A stretch of DNA of 63,455 nucleotides, filler included, from Licmophora abbreviata (Eukaryota), in assembly GCA_900291995.1 (NCBI GenBank). It is 24 parts of 24 records of this genome, joined end to end, with 100 filler letters (N's around TTAATTAATTAA, not from the genome) between each part and the next. Parts side by side here need not be neighbours in the genome. Positions count along the whole stretch, not along the records: positions 1 to 1,001 come from OLMU01002735.1; positions 1,102 to 3,966 come from OLMU01002736.1; positions 4,067 to 9,296 come from OLMU01002737.1; positions 9,397 to 10,636 come from OLMU01002739.1; 20 more parts are not named here. One strand, given 5' to 3'. Below the pieces are notes generated by a model, which was given only the letters and a program-made list of their open reading frames with translations, made no database searches and was not told the DNA's origin. Shown here in pieces: positions 1 to 9,795 of the stretch (within the stretch, counting starts at the first letter, position 1; every line of letters begins with the position of its first letter). The position numbers and the translations under genes are program-made.

Positions 1-784
1 CCTCGAACATCTCGATGCTGGCGATCCCGTCATAGGTGCCGCGCTCGTCTCGATAATCCTGCAGCTTGAACTCGACCCGATCCGACAACCCGGCCTTTTC
101 GATGCGCGCGACCGCATAGTCATATTGTTCGCGGCTGATCGTCAGCCCCGTGACCTTCAGCCCGCGTTCGGCGGCGGCATATTCGGCGAAACCGCCCCAG
201 CCACAGCCGATTTCCAGCACGTGATCGCCGGGCTTCACACCCATCTGATCGACCATGCTGGCATATTTCGCGATCTGCGCCTTTTCCAGACTTTCCTGTC
301 CCGTCTCGAACAGCGCGCTCGAATAGGTCATCGTCTCGTCCAGCCAAAGCGCATAGAAGTCATTGCCCAGATCATAGTGATAGCTGATGTTCTTGCGGGC
401 CTGCGCCTTGGTATTGCGCTGAAACCAGAAGCGGATCTTTTCATAGAACTGCACGATGCTCTGGCCGGGATAGCTGTTGTACATATCGTCGTTATCGGCG
501 TTCACCATGTCCATGAACGCCTGCAGGTCCGGTGTCGACCACCAGCCCTCCAGGTAGGAATCGCAAAACCCCAGATACCCTTCGCGCACCATCCGCGCGA
601 AGACATCCGGGTTATGCACGGCAATTTCGGCCACCGGTCCCGGAGCCGTGCCTTGGGCGCGAAAAACCCGGTCATCGGGCAGCCGGATGTCCAGGCGCCC
701 ATGCTTCAGGCTTTTGGCCGCCGCGAAGCATTGCGCGAAATATCTCGGCAGGCCAGTCTGTCCGGTCGTTTCAGTAAGGATCAT
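1..784 (-). CDS. cfa: Cyclopropane-fatty-acyl-phospholipid synthase (3' end outside window)
   Basis: Not in ORF track; manual translation from ATG at 784 gives MILTETTGQTGLPRYF...NISYHYDLGNDFYALWLDETMTYSSA...VLEIGCGWGGFA...QDYRD, hallmark CFA synthase motifs. Confidence 0.92.
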   Translation of the reverse strand, partial: MILTETTGQTGLPRYFAQCFAAAKSLKHGRLDIRLPDDRVFRAQGTAPGPVAEIAVHNPDVFARMVREGYLGFCDSYLEGWWSTPDLQAFMDMVNADNDDMYNSYPGQSIVQFYEKIRFWFQRNTKAQARKNISYHYDLGNDFYALWLDETMTYSSALFETGQESLEKAQIAKYASMVDQMGVKPGDHVLEIGCGWGGFAEYAAAERGLKVTGLTISREQYDYAVARIEKAGLSDRVEFKLQDYRDERGTYDGIASIEMFE

Positions 785-860
785 GCGTCTGTCGTCCCTG
801 TCGTGTTCTTCCAAGGCTATGGTGGTCGGCTGCGCGGCGGCAAGGGATTTCGTGGTCATA

Positions 861-1296
861 TCAAAACCCTCGTCTCTCATAGGCGGCCAGTGCTTTTGCC
901 CGACCGTCCTTAACGCTTACGACCGGTTCGGGATAGATATCATCGGCGCTTAGGCCCCAACGGCGCGGGATTGCATCGAAATAAGACAGCGCCGTGTCAG
1001 TNNNNNNNNNNNNNNNNNNNNNNNNNNNNNNNNNNNNNNNNNNNNTTAATTAATTAANNNNNNNNNNNNNNNNNNNNNNNNNNNNNNNNNNNNNNNNNNN
1101 NGAGCCGCCGCGACAGATCCTCAAGCGAAAGGCCCAAGCGCCATTTGGGCGCCGCCCCAAGCATCTCGGCCAGATCATCGAGAATAAAAACCGGGATCAC
1201 CGGGCCGCCTCGCGCAATCGCCGCGCCAAGAGCCGGATGGTCACTCAGCCGCAAATCCCTGCGCAACCACAGAAGTGTCGCGGTACCCTCGCCCAT
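861..1296 (-). CDS. phrA: Deoxyribodipyrimidine photolyase, middle lost in assembly gap 1002-1101
   Basis: N-terminus LLWLRRDLRLSDHPAL; C-terminal piece 861-1001 translates ...YFDAIPRRWGLSADDIYPEPVVSVKDGRAKALAAYERRGF*. Confidence 0.88.
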
Positions 1297-1322
1297 AGTC
1301 TGCCTTCCAATTCTTTTAGCGG

Positions 1323-1350
1323 TTTACGGCGGCGACCACGGCCCGGATCA
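1323..1350 (-). promoter_or_regulatory. Putative sigmaE (RpoE/ChrR) promoter of phr-cfa
   Basis: Minus strand TGATCC-N18-TAAA, resembling the Rhodobacter sigmaE consensus; phrA-cfaS is a known sigmaE target. Confidence 0.7.
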
Positions 1351-2568
1351 AAGAATATCGTCCAGAGCGTTCAAAAGCCGGTCGATCTCATCACGGGTGG
1401 TGTAATGCACGAAACTCAGCCGCAACACGCCCTTGTCGGGATCCACACCAAGCGCCGTCAGCGGTCGAACGGCATAGAAATCGCCACCCCCCGCCATAAT
1501 CCCGCGCTCGGCCAGTTGCGCCGCCGCCTCAACCCCCGGCCTGTTCAACGCCAGCGCAACCGTCGGCGCCCGGCTTGCCGCATCGCCCGGCCCGATGAGC
1601 CGCACCGAATTGCGCGCCTTCACGGCATCGAGCAGCGGCTGCAGCAACTGGGCTTCATGCGCACGCATCAGATCGTGCACACCCGCCGCCCGCGTGGGCG
1701 CGTTCCCTTCGATGCCGTGATGCGCCGCCAGCGCGTCGAAATAATCCACCATCCCGGCACTTGCCGCCACCTGCGCATGATCCGGGCCTGCGGGCGTGAA
1801 CCGCTTGTAGAGGACGTCACCATTGAAGACATGCGCCTGATTGGGCAAGAGCTGACCAAGCGCGCGCCGGATCACCATGATCCCCTGATGGGGGCCATAG
1901 GTCTTGTAGGCGGAAAACAGGTAGATATCCGGCCCCATCCCGCCAACATCCGGGAATCCATGCGGCGCATAAGACACTCCGTCAACGCAGACAAACGCCC
2001 CTGCCGCATGTGATGCCGCGGCAACCTCGACCACCGGATTGACCGCCCCCACCACATTCGAGCAATGCGGAAAACAGACCAGACGCACGTTTTCATCCAG
2101 CAGGTTTTCCAGATCCTCCAGCCGCAACATCCCGGTTTCCGGATCGAGCCGCCATTCGCGGATCTCGATGCCGTCCTGCGCCAGCCTGCGCCACGGGCCT
2201 GAATTGGCCTCGTGGTCCTGATCGGTGACGACGATCGCCTCGCCCGGGCGCATCCATTGCCGGAAGGCCTGCGCCAGAACATAGGTGTTCTGCGTCGTCG
2301 ACGGGCCAAAACTGACCTCGTCGCTGTCCACGTTCAGCATCGCGGCCAGCCTCTGGCGCGCCTCGTCCATTTCGGCCCCGGCCAAACGGCTGGCCTCGTA
2401 GGGCGCATAGGGCTGAACCTTGCGGCTTCGGTAAAACCGCTCCAGCCGGGCGATTACCGGCCCACAGGCATAGGAGCCGCCAGCGTTTTCAAAAAACGCC
2501 TGCCCGCTCAGCGAAGGTTCGGAAAAGGCGGGAAACTGCGCCCGCACGAAATCTGTATCAAGGGTCAT
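1348..2568 (-). CDS. Class V PLP aminotransferase / cysteine desulfurase-like protein
   Basis: FFENAGGS, DHEANSGPW, VDGVSYAPH, FSAYKTYGPH motifs; start set at MTLDTDFVRAQFP. Confidence 0.85.
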   Translation of the reverse strand: MTLDTDFVRAQFPAFSEPSLSGQAFFENAGGSYACGPVIARLERFYRSRKVQPYAPYEASRLAGAEMDEARQRLAAMLNVDSDEVSFGPSTTQNTYVLAQAFRQWMRPGEAIVVTDQDHEANSGPWRRLAQDGIEIREWRLDPETGMLRLEDLENLLDENVRLVCFPHCSNVVGAVNPVVEVAAASHAAGAFVCVDGVSYAPHGFPDVGGMGPDIYLFSAYKTYGPHQGIMVIRRALGQLLPNQAHVFNGDVLYKRFTPAGPDHAQVAASAGMVDYFDALAAHHGIEGNAPTRAAGVHDLMRAHEAQLLQPLLDAVKARNSVRLIGPGDAASRAPTVALALNRPGVEAAAQLAERGIMAGGGDFYAVRPLTALGVDPDKGVLRLSFVHYTTRDEIDRLLNALDDIL

Positions 2569-2646
2569 GCCGCGTAAAAAAGCCTGACGCTTCGCGCCCG
2601 TCAAGCGCGCCGTTGCGGCAGGCCTGATACCGCGCCGCCCACATGC

Positions 2647-2677
2647 AAAAAGGCCCCGGACAGCGCCGGGGCCTTTT
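2647..2677. terminator. Intrinsic terminator downstream of BCCT gene
   Basis: AAAAAGGCCCCGG-ACAGCG-CCGGGGCCTTTT hairpin with A/T tails. Confidence 0.8.
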
Positions 2678-2697
2678 CATGACCGTGTGTCACCCGG

Positions 2698-4361
2698 TCA
2701 CCGTTTTTCCGACATCAGCCCCCGCACGATCCCGTAGCAGATCACCAGCAGGATCAAGGTAAACGGAAGGCCCGTGGAAATGACCATCGCCTGCAATGCC
2801 GTCAGGCCACCGCCAAGCAGCAGCGCGATTGCCACCAGCCCTTCGAAGGTGCACCAGAACACCCGCTGCGGCACCGGCGCATCCACCTTGCCGCCCGCGG
2901 TGATCGTGTCGATCACGAGGCTCCCCGAGTCCGAGCTGGTGACGAAGAACACGATGACCAGCACGATACCGATGGTCGAGGTAATCGCACTCAGAGGCAG
3001 GCTTTCCAGCATCGCAAAGAGCGACAGTTCAGGCGCGTAGCTGTCGATCACGTTGGCCTTCACCGCCGAACTGTCGGGATTGGCGATGATGTCGTTGATC
3101 GCGGCACCGCCGAACACCGCCATCCAGAGGATGCAGACAAGGCTCGGTATGATCAACACGCAGATCAGGAACTCTCGCACCGTGCGCCCCCGGCTGACGC
3201 GGGCGATGAACATGCCCACGAAAGGCGACCAGCTGATCCACCAAGCCCAGTAGAACGCTGTCCAGCCTTGCATATAACCGGTATCTTCACGTCCGAACGG
3301 ATTGGACAGCGGCACCACCTCTTGCACATAGGCGCCAAGCCCCGATACGAACTCGGTCAGGATCGCCACTGCACCCGCTGTAAACAGCACGAAAAGCAAC
3401 AGCAGAAGCGCGATAACCATATTGATCTCGGACAGCACCTTTACGCCGCCATCCAGACCGCGCAGCACCGAAATCAGCGCGACCGCGGTGATGGCACAGA
3501 TCAGGATCACCTGAACGGTCGTGGTATTGGGCACACCGTAGACATAGTTCAAACCGGCATTGGCCTGCTGCGCGCCGATGCCAAGCGACGTGGCCAGACC
3601 GAACAGCGTGGCGAACACTGCCAGAGTGTCGATGATATGGCCCCACCAGCCCCAGACACGCTCGCCCAGGATCGGATAAAAGGCCGAGCGGATCGACAGC
3701 GGCAGACCCTTGTTATAGCTGAACAGCGCCAGCGCCAGTGCCACGACCGCATAAATCGCCCACGGATGCAGCGCCCAGTGATAGGATGTCGCCGCCAGCG
3801 CCATGCGCCGTGCCTCTTCGACATTTGCCGCGATCAGTTCACCGTTTTCCGTGAACGGACGGACAGTCCCCATGGGCTCGTCGCCCCAGGGTGTGCCGAA
3901 GTAATAGGCCGGCTCCAGCACCCCGAAGAACATCAGGCCGATGCCCATACCAGCCGCGAAAAGCATNNNNNNNNNNNNNNNNNNNNNNNNNNNNNNNNNN
4001 NNNNNNNNNNTTAATTAATTAANNNNNNNNNNNNNNNNNNNNNNNNNNNNNNNNNNNNNNNNNNNNAGAAGATGACGAAGATATTCGCCGCCGACAGGAA
4101 GAACCAGTCGAACGTGCTGGTCAGCGCCGGGCGCAGCCAGCCGAAGAAATCCGACGCATGCTGCGGTGCGATCAGCGCATAGGCGACGAACGCGATCACA
4201 ACCAGCCCCGAGATCACGAAAACCGGATTGTGAATATCCAGACCGAACGGTCCAACTCTGGCGACAATGTTATCCTGACCGATCTCGTAATCGGTCTCAA
4301 TCAGGTCCGAATGCCCTTCGGGCGCCGGAATCCCTTGTGACTCTGTGACTTCATCGGCCAT
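2698..4361 (-). CDS. BCCT family (betaine/choline/carnitine) transporter, split by gap 3967-4066
   Basis: MLFAAGMGIGLMFFG, WTAFYWAWWISWSPFVGMFIARVSRGRT, FFVTSSDSGSLV motifs. Confidence 0.93.
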
Positions 4362-4791
4362 TAAAACAGGCCCCCTTTTCATATGTGGCAAATCGGGTCA
4401 GTCACACCGGACCGGAATGCCGCGCAACCGCGGCAATCCTTGGATCAATCCGGGCACGGCCCGTTGCTCCCTGACATTCAGGGACACCGCAAACAAGCGT
4501 CCCCTGTTCCCTCGAGTTACACTCAGAGAAGGCATGATGCCCTGTTCACTCTCATGCCCTTGAGGGTAACAAGGCCCTTTGACGGATAGCAACCAATTGC
4601 GCCGTTTTTTCTTTTGAATGCGGCACTCACCCAGACTCCGCCCTTGTTTTATTGGCATTTTGACAGTCGCAAAATATCCACCTGACCGGGGATGCACCGG
4701 GGCGAAGGCCGTGATCTCGTGCTTTCTCGCCCAATCTGCGCCTTATCCCCTGCTCTTGATCGGCGCTCGCTTGATCCTGTCGATGCCCCCT

Positions 4792-4819
4792 TTGCAAAGC
4801 CGCTCCGCACGCCTATATT
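4792..4819 (+). promoter_or_regulatory. Putative sigma70-type promoter of ssrA
   Basis: TTGCAA-N16-TATATT just upstream of the tmRNA. Confidence 0.5.
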
Positions 4820-4824
4820 CATCA

Positions 4825-5135
4825 TGTCCCCTCGGGGACTATGGGCATAAACGCGCTCGTAATAAGCGGATCGGACCCGGGGGCGGTACCCGGCGGCTCC
4901 ACCAAAAACCCTCGTTGGGGGAACAAGGGGCCGAAACAGGATCGACGAACGTGTAAAGGTGTGGCTTTGTCCCGGTGAGATACCACCGTTATCGGTTCAT
5001 AAAGCATAATTGCCAACGACAATCGTGCTCCGGTCGCCGTTGCCGCGTAAGCGGTAACATGACCGAAATCTAAGCCCAGGCCTCTAGCAAGGTCTGGCGG
5101 GGTTCGCAGGCACCTGGCAACAGAAGCCTGCACTT
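4825..5135 (+). ncRNA. ssrA: Two-piece (circularly permuted) tmRNA; outer ends approximate
   Basis: Acceptor piece ends ...CCCGGCGGCTCCACCA at 4904; coding piece begins GGGGCCGAAACAGGATCGAC at 4927; tag frame 5012-5050 = ANDNRAPVAVAA*. Confidence 0.95.
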
Positions 5136-5228
5136 CACCCCCATCATCGCGTCGCGCGCTGGCATGAAGATTTCATGACGGACGGGTTAGATGTTGCATG
5201 ACAGGCAAAGCGCCTTATCAACGCAGCC

Positions 5229-6488
5229 ATGCGCCCAAGCCTCGCCCAACTTTTTCGTGTCTTCGCCCGGATCGGCGTTCTGTCCTTCGGGGGACCGGCG
5301 GCGCAAATCTCGCTTATGCATACCGAACTGGTCGAGCGGCGGTCATGGCTGGATGAAAAGCAATTTCTGGGCGCGTTGTCGTTCTGCATGTTGCTGCCCG
5401 GCCCCGAGGCGATGCAGCTCGCCACCTATGCCGGCTGGCGCTTGCGCGGTGTGGCCGGCGGATTGATCGCCGGTCTTTTGTTTGTGCTGCCGGGTGCGCT
5501 GGTCATCACAGCCCTGGCCCTTGGCTATGCCAGCTATGGGCAGATGCCGGTGGTTCAAGCCGCCTTTACCGGGATCAAGGCCGCCGTGATCGTGATCGTG
5601 CTGCAGGCGCTCTTGTCGCTCTCGCGTCGCGCCCTGTCGGGATGGGATGACTGGCTTCTGGCACTCACCGGATTTGTGGCGATGTTCTTTCTGTCGGTGC
5701 CCTTCCCCGTCATCATCGCCGTCGCAGCCCTTTGGGGCCTGATACGTACAGTGAATGCACCCTCCGAAGATCTCGGGGCCACCCCGCGCGCGCCTCCGCC
5801 CGTGCCGCTCGGTCAAACGCTCGTGACCATCGCGACATGGGCCAGCCTGTGGGCGCTGCCGATAGCTCTCGCATGGGCCCTGCACGCCCAATTCCTCGTT
5901 GATCTGGCGCTTTTCTTCTCCAAGCTGGCAGTGGTCACATTCGGCGGCGCCTATGCGGTGCTGGCCTATATGACGCAAGCGGTCGTCGAAACCCATGGCT
6001 GGCTCAGCACGGCGCAGATGATCGACGCGCTCGGGCTGGCTGAAACCACACCCGGCCCGCTGATCCTCGTGACGCAATTCGTGGGCCTTCTTGCGGGCCA
6101 TGCCGAAGGCGGTCCCGCCTTGGCGCTTCTGGCCGGAGGGCTGACGCTGTGGGTCACGTTCACGCCTTGCTTCTTGTGGATATTCGCCGGTGCGCCCTAT
6201 GTGGAGGCGGTTTTGGCCCGCCCGCGCCTCAAGGGGGCACTCGCCGGCATATCGGCGGCGGTGGTCGGCGTGATCCTCAACCTGTCGGTCTGGTTCGCGC
6301 TGCATGTGCTCTTCGGCAGTGTCGCGCGCGGCCCTTTTGGACCCCTGCCCGATCCCGCCAGCTTTGTGCCGGTCAACGCCGGATTGACCGTTCTTGCGGG
6401 CGTCCTTCTGCTGGGACTGCGCGTCGGGATGATTCCCGGTCTGGCCCTCATGGCAGCGATTTCAGGCGCCTTGCATTTCCTGCTTTGA
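5229..6488 (+). CDS. chrA: Chromate efflux transporter (CHR family)
   Basis: SFGGPAAQI, LPGPEAMQLA, TFGGAYAVL, ETTPGPLI duplicated CHR motifs. Confidence 0.92.
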   Translation: MRPSLAQLFRVFARIGVLSFGGPAAQISLMHTELVERRSWLDEKQFLGALSFCMLLPGPEAMQLATYAGWRLRGVAGGLIAGLLFVLPGALVITALALGYASYGQMPVVQAAFTGIKAAVIVIVLQALLSLSRRALSGWDDWLLALTGFVAMFFLSVPFPVIIAVAALWGLIRTVNAPSEDLGATPRAPPPVPLGQTLVTIATWASLWALPIALAWALHAQFLVDLALFFSKLAVVTFGGAYAVLAYMTQAVVETHGWLSTAQMIDALGLAETTPGPLILVTQFVGLLAGHAEGGPALALLAGGLTLWVTFTPCFLWIFAGAPYVEAVLARPRLKGALAGISAAVVGVILNLSVWFALHVLFGSVARGPFGPLPDPASFVPVNAGLTVLAGVLLLGLRVGMIPGLALMAAISGALHFLL

Positions 6489-6555
6489 CAGCACGCATCA
6501 AGCCCTTTTGTTTTGGATCGAATCCCCTATGCTGCCACTCAGGAGGTTCGGGAAC

Positions 6556-7029
6556 ATGTCTCGTTCAATCGATTACGGAAAACTGATGCATCAGGCGATG
6601 CGCGGGCTTATCCAGCGGGTGCTGGTGGGCGTGCAGGACAATGGCCTGCCCGGAATGCATCATTTCTTCATCACCTTCGACACCAAACATCCCGACGCGC
6701 GCCTCGCCGATTGGCTGAAAGAGCGCTACCCCTCGGAAATGACTGTGGTGATGCAGCACTGGTTCGACAATCTCGAGGTCACGAATGATGGATTCTCGGT
6801 CACGCTGAATTTCGGCGACGCCCCGGAAAACCTTTATATTCCGTATGATGCCATAAAAACCTTCGTTGATCCTTCCGTCGAATTCGGCCTTCGCTTCGAA
6901 ACCCCCGACGATGACGAACCCTCAGGGGACGATCCCGATGAGGATGACGACATCACCGACGGCATCGACGTCCCCGAAGGCGAACGCACCGACGCCGAAG
7001 TGGTCAGCCTCGACAGTTTCCGCAAGTGA
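6556..7029 (+). CDS. sspB: SspB-family ClpXP adaptor (alphaproteobacterial type)
   Basis: LPGMHHFFITFDT, YPSEMTVVMQH, FVDPSVEFGLRF, C-terminal VVSLDSFRK; AGGAGG upstream. Confidence 0.9.
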   Translation: MSRSIDYGKLMHQAMRGLIQRVLVGVQDNGLPGMHHFFITFDTKHPDARLADWLKERYPSEMTVVMQHWFDNLEVTNDGFSVTLNFGDAPENLYIPYDAIKTFVDPSVEFGLRFETPDDDEPSGDDPDEDDDITDGIDVPEGERTDAEVVSLDSFRK

Positions 7030-7142
7030 TCCCGGCGGCAAGGCCGCGGAATCGCAGCCTTGGTATTCCACTGCATACATCATTGATCTTTCCGCCTCGT
7101 CCGGTATGAGAGTGGCCATCGTCTTACGAGGAGAGCCAGCCC

Positions 7143-8095
7143 ATGACCGCCACCCGCACCGAGACCGACAGCTTCGGTCCGCTCGAGGTTCCCACCGATA
7201 AATACTGGGGCGCTCAGACGCAGCGCTCGATCCTGAATTTCCCGATCGGCTGGGAAAAACAGCCCATCGCCATCGTCCGCGCCCTCGGGGTCATCAAACA
7301 GGCCTGCGCCGAGGCGAACAAGGAGCTTGGCACCCTCGAGCCGCGCTTGGCCGACGCCATCATTCAGGCCGCGGGCGAAGTGATCGAGGGCCGCTTCGAC
7401 GACAACTTCCCGCTGGTCGTCTGGCAAACCGGGTCAGGCACCCAATCCAACATGAACGCCAACGAGGTGATCGCGAACCGCGCCATCGAAATCCTCGGCG
7501 GCACGATCGGCTCCAAGGACCCGGTGCATCCCAACGATCACTGCAACATGGGCCAATCCTCGAACGACACCTTCCCCACCGCCATGCATATCGCCACCGC
7601 CATGAGCGTGCGTGACGTGCTGCTGCCGGGGCTGGAAAAGCTGCTGGCCGCGCTCGAGGCAAAATCCGAGGAATTCAAGGATATCATCAAGATCGGCCGC
7701 ACCCACACGCAGGACGCGACGCCGCTGACCCTTGGTCAGGAATTCTCGGGCTATGCGCATCAGATCCGTCAGGGCATAGCCCGGATCAAGGCCGCGCTGC
7801 CCGGCATCTACGAGCTGGCCCAGGGCGGCACTGCCGTGGGTACCGGTCTCAACACACAGGTCGGTTGGGATACGATGGTCGCGGCCAACATGGCCCGGAT
7901 CACCGGCCTGCCCTTCGTCACCGCCCCCAACAAGTTCGAATCGCTGGCCGCCCATGACGCGATGGTCTTCATGTCCGGCGCTTTGGCCACTGTTGCGGGC
8001 TCGTGCTACAAGATCGCCAACGACATTCGCTTTCTGGGCTCCGGCCCGCGCTCGGGCCTGGGCGAATTGATCCTGCCGGAAAACGAACCCGGTTC

Positions 8096-8128
<33 letters not shown>

Positions 8129-8537
8129 AGCCGAGGCCCTGACCCAAGTCGCGGCCCATGTCATGGGCAATGACGCCGCCATCAAGTTCGCAGGCTCCCA
8201 AGGGCATTTCGAACTGAACGTCTACAACCCGATGATGTCCTACAACCTGCTGCAATCCATTCAGCTTCTTGGCGACGCCACCGACAGCTTCACCGAACGC
8301 ATGCTCAACGGCATTCAGGCCAACGAGGACCGGATCGAAAAGCTGATGCGCGAGTCGCTGATGCTGGTCACCGCACTGGCCCCGGAAATCGGCTATGACA
8401 ACGCCACCAAGGTCGCCAAGACGGCACATCGCAACGGCACAACCCTGAAGGAAGAGGCGATCAATCTGGGCTTCGTCGACGCGGAAACCTTCGACCGCGT
8501 TGTCCGGCCCGATCAAATGATCGGCCCCAAGAGCTGA
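7143..8537 (+). CDS. fumC: Class II fumarate hydratase
   Basis: [13 protein letters not shown] signature; [12 protein letters not shown]. Confidence 0.97.
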
Positions 8538-8628
8538 TCCTGCACAGGAAAACGGCACCGGGCGGCCCTTCGCGGCGGCCCGGCCCTCAACCACTGGACG
8601 CGCAGGGCGAACGCGATATGTTTGCCTC

Positions 8629-8808
8629 ATGAGCAACGTGGTCAACCTGAACAAGTTTCGCAAGCAAAAGGCCCGCGCCGCAGACAAGTCGCGGGCCGAT
8701 GAAAATGCCGTTCTGCATGGCCGCCGCAAATCCGACAAGGCGCTCGACAAGGCCAGAAGCGACAAGACCACCAAGGACCACGACGCCCACAAGCGCGACG
8801 ACGCATGA
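8629..8808 (+). CDS. DUF4169-like small basic protein (59 aa)
   Basis: Below ORF-track cutoff; MSNVVNLNKFRKQKARAADKSRADENAVLHGRRK...; ATGA overlap with next gene. Confidence 0.8.
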   Translation: MSNVVNLNKFRKQKARAADKSRADENAVLHGRRKSDKALDKARSDKTTKDHDAHKRDDA

Positions 8809-9029
8809 GCGGACGCCCCGTCAAACGCTCGCTCACCCTGCGCGGCCATCGCACCAGCGTATCGCTAGAGGATGAGTTCTGGCAGGCGTTCCGTCAGATC
8901 GCCGAATTGCGCGGCACGCCGCTCAACGCGCTGGCCGCGGAAATAGACGAGGCGCGCGGCACCGAAACCGGGCTTGCCTCGGCCATTCGCATCTTTGTGC
9001 TGCGCCATTACCGCGATGCCGCGGGCTGA
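8805..9029 (+). CDS. Ribbon-helix-helix domain protein
   Basis: KRSLTLRGHRTSVSLEDEFW...LASAIRIFVL. Confidence 0.85.
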   Translation: MSGRPVKRSLTLRGHRTSVSLEDEFWQAFRQIAELRGTPLNALAAEIDEARGTETGLASAIRIFVLRHYRDAAG

Positions 9030-9035
9030 CGGCCC

Positions 9036-9296
9036 TCAGCGCTTTCGCGCCACGATGAACCTTGCGGGCGGCCTTGCCGGATAGGTTCCCGTCTCCACGA
9101 TCTCGAACCCTGCCGCGGTGATCTCTGCCTCAAGATCCTGGGGCGTCATGAAACCGAACCCGCCCGGCGCCAGCCCCGCCAGCCGCAGCGCGCCCAACAG
9201 CAGGCGGAAATGCAGCGCCCCGCGCCCGATGCAGATCGTTTTCGATATCAGAACGCCGCCCGGCCGCAGCAGGAGGCGCACCCTCTCAAGCGTGGC
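9036..9296 (-). CDS. Class I SAM-dependent methyltransferase, C-terminal fragment
   Basis: LLRPGGVLISKTIC...ITAAGFEIVE; 5' end in gap. Confidence 0.65.
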   Translation of the reverse strand, partial: ATLERVRLLLRPGGVLISKTICIGRGALHFRLLLGALRLAGLAPGGFGFMTPQDLEAEITAAGFEIVETGTYPARPPARFIVARKR

Positions 9297-9396
9297 NNNN
9301 NNNNNNNNNNNNNNNNNNNNNNNNNNNNNNNNNNNNNNNNTTAATTAATTAANNNNNNNNNNNNNNNNNNNNNNNNNNNNNNNNNNNNNNNNNNNN

Positions 9397-9724
9397 TGCG
9401 CTGGTGGGCGATCACCCCGAAGATCTCCGCCGCCACAAGCGGCTGCCCGCGCTCGAGCCGGTGGCTCACCTCATAAAGACCCACCGCCGCGAATGGCCCG
9501 ATCAACGGAAAGCCCACCGCCGCGAAGGTCAACCAATAGCTTTTTCCGGTCACCCAGGTGATCCAGATCATGATCCAGCCCGCGGCCACATAGACCCCGG
9601 CAAAGATCATCGCATAGCCCGGCGCGCGTCGCATGTCCCTCCAGCCCCGGCGTAACGCCTCGGCCAATGTGGCGAATGTCACCTGCCCCAGCTCAGGCAC
9701 GCCAAGCGGCTTGCTCTCCTGCAT
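9397..9724 (-). CDS. DUF2189-like membrane protein, N-terminal fragment
   Basis: [13 protein letters not shown]...[21 protein letters not shown]. Confidence 0.75.
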
Positions 9725-9795
9725 GGCTCTCCCTCCTCGACCTGCCGAGGGAAGACTAGCCAAGCACCGCTCGCGCGCAAAGATGCAAATGCCGA

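Noticed and set aside
4870..4904. tRNA-like T-arm with CCA end
   Set aside because: It is the acceptor piece of the permuted tmRNA, not a tRNA
7434..8849. Long antisense ORFs (also 12993-14543, 20867-22576, 33449-34969, 45997-47481)
   Set aside because: Shadow ORFs from high-GC codon bias opposite well-supported genes
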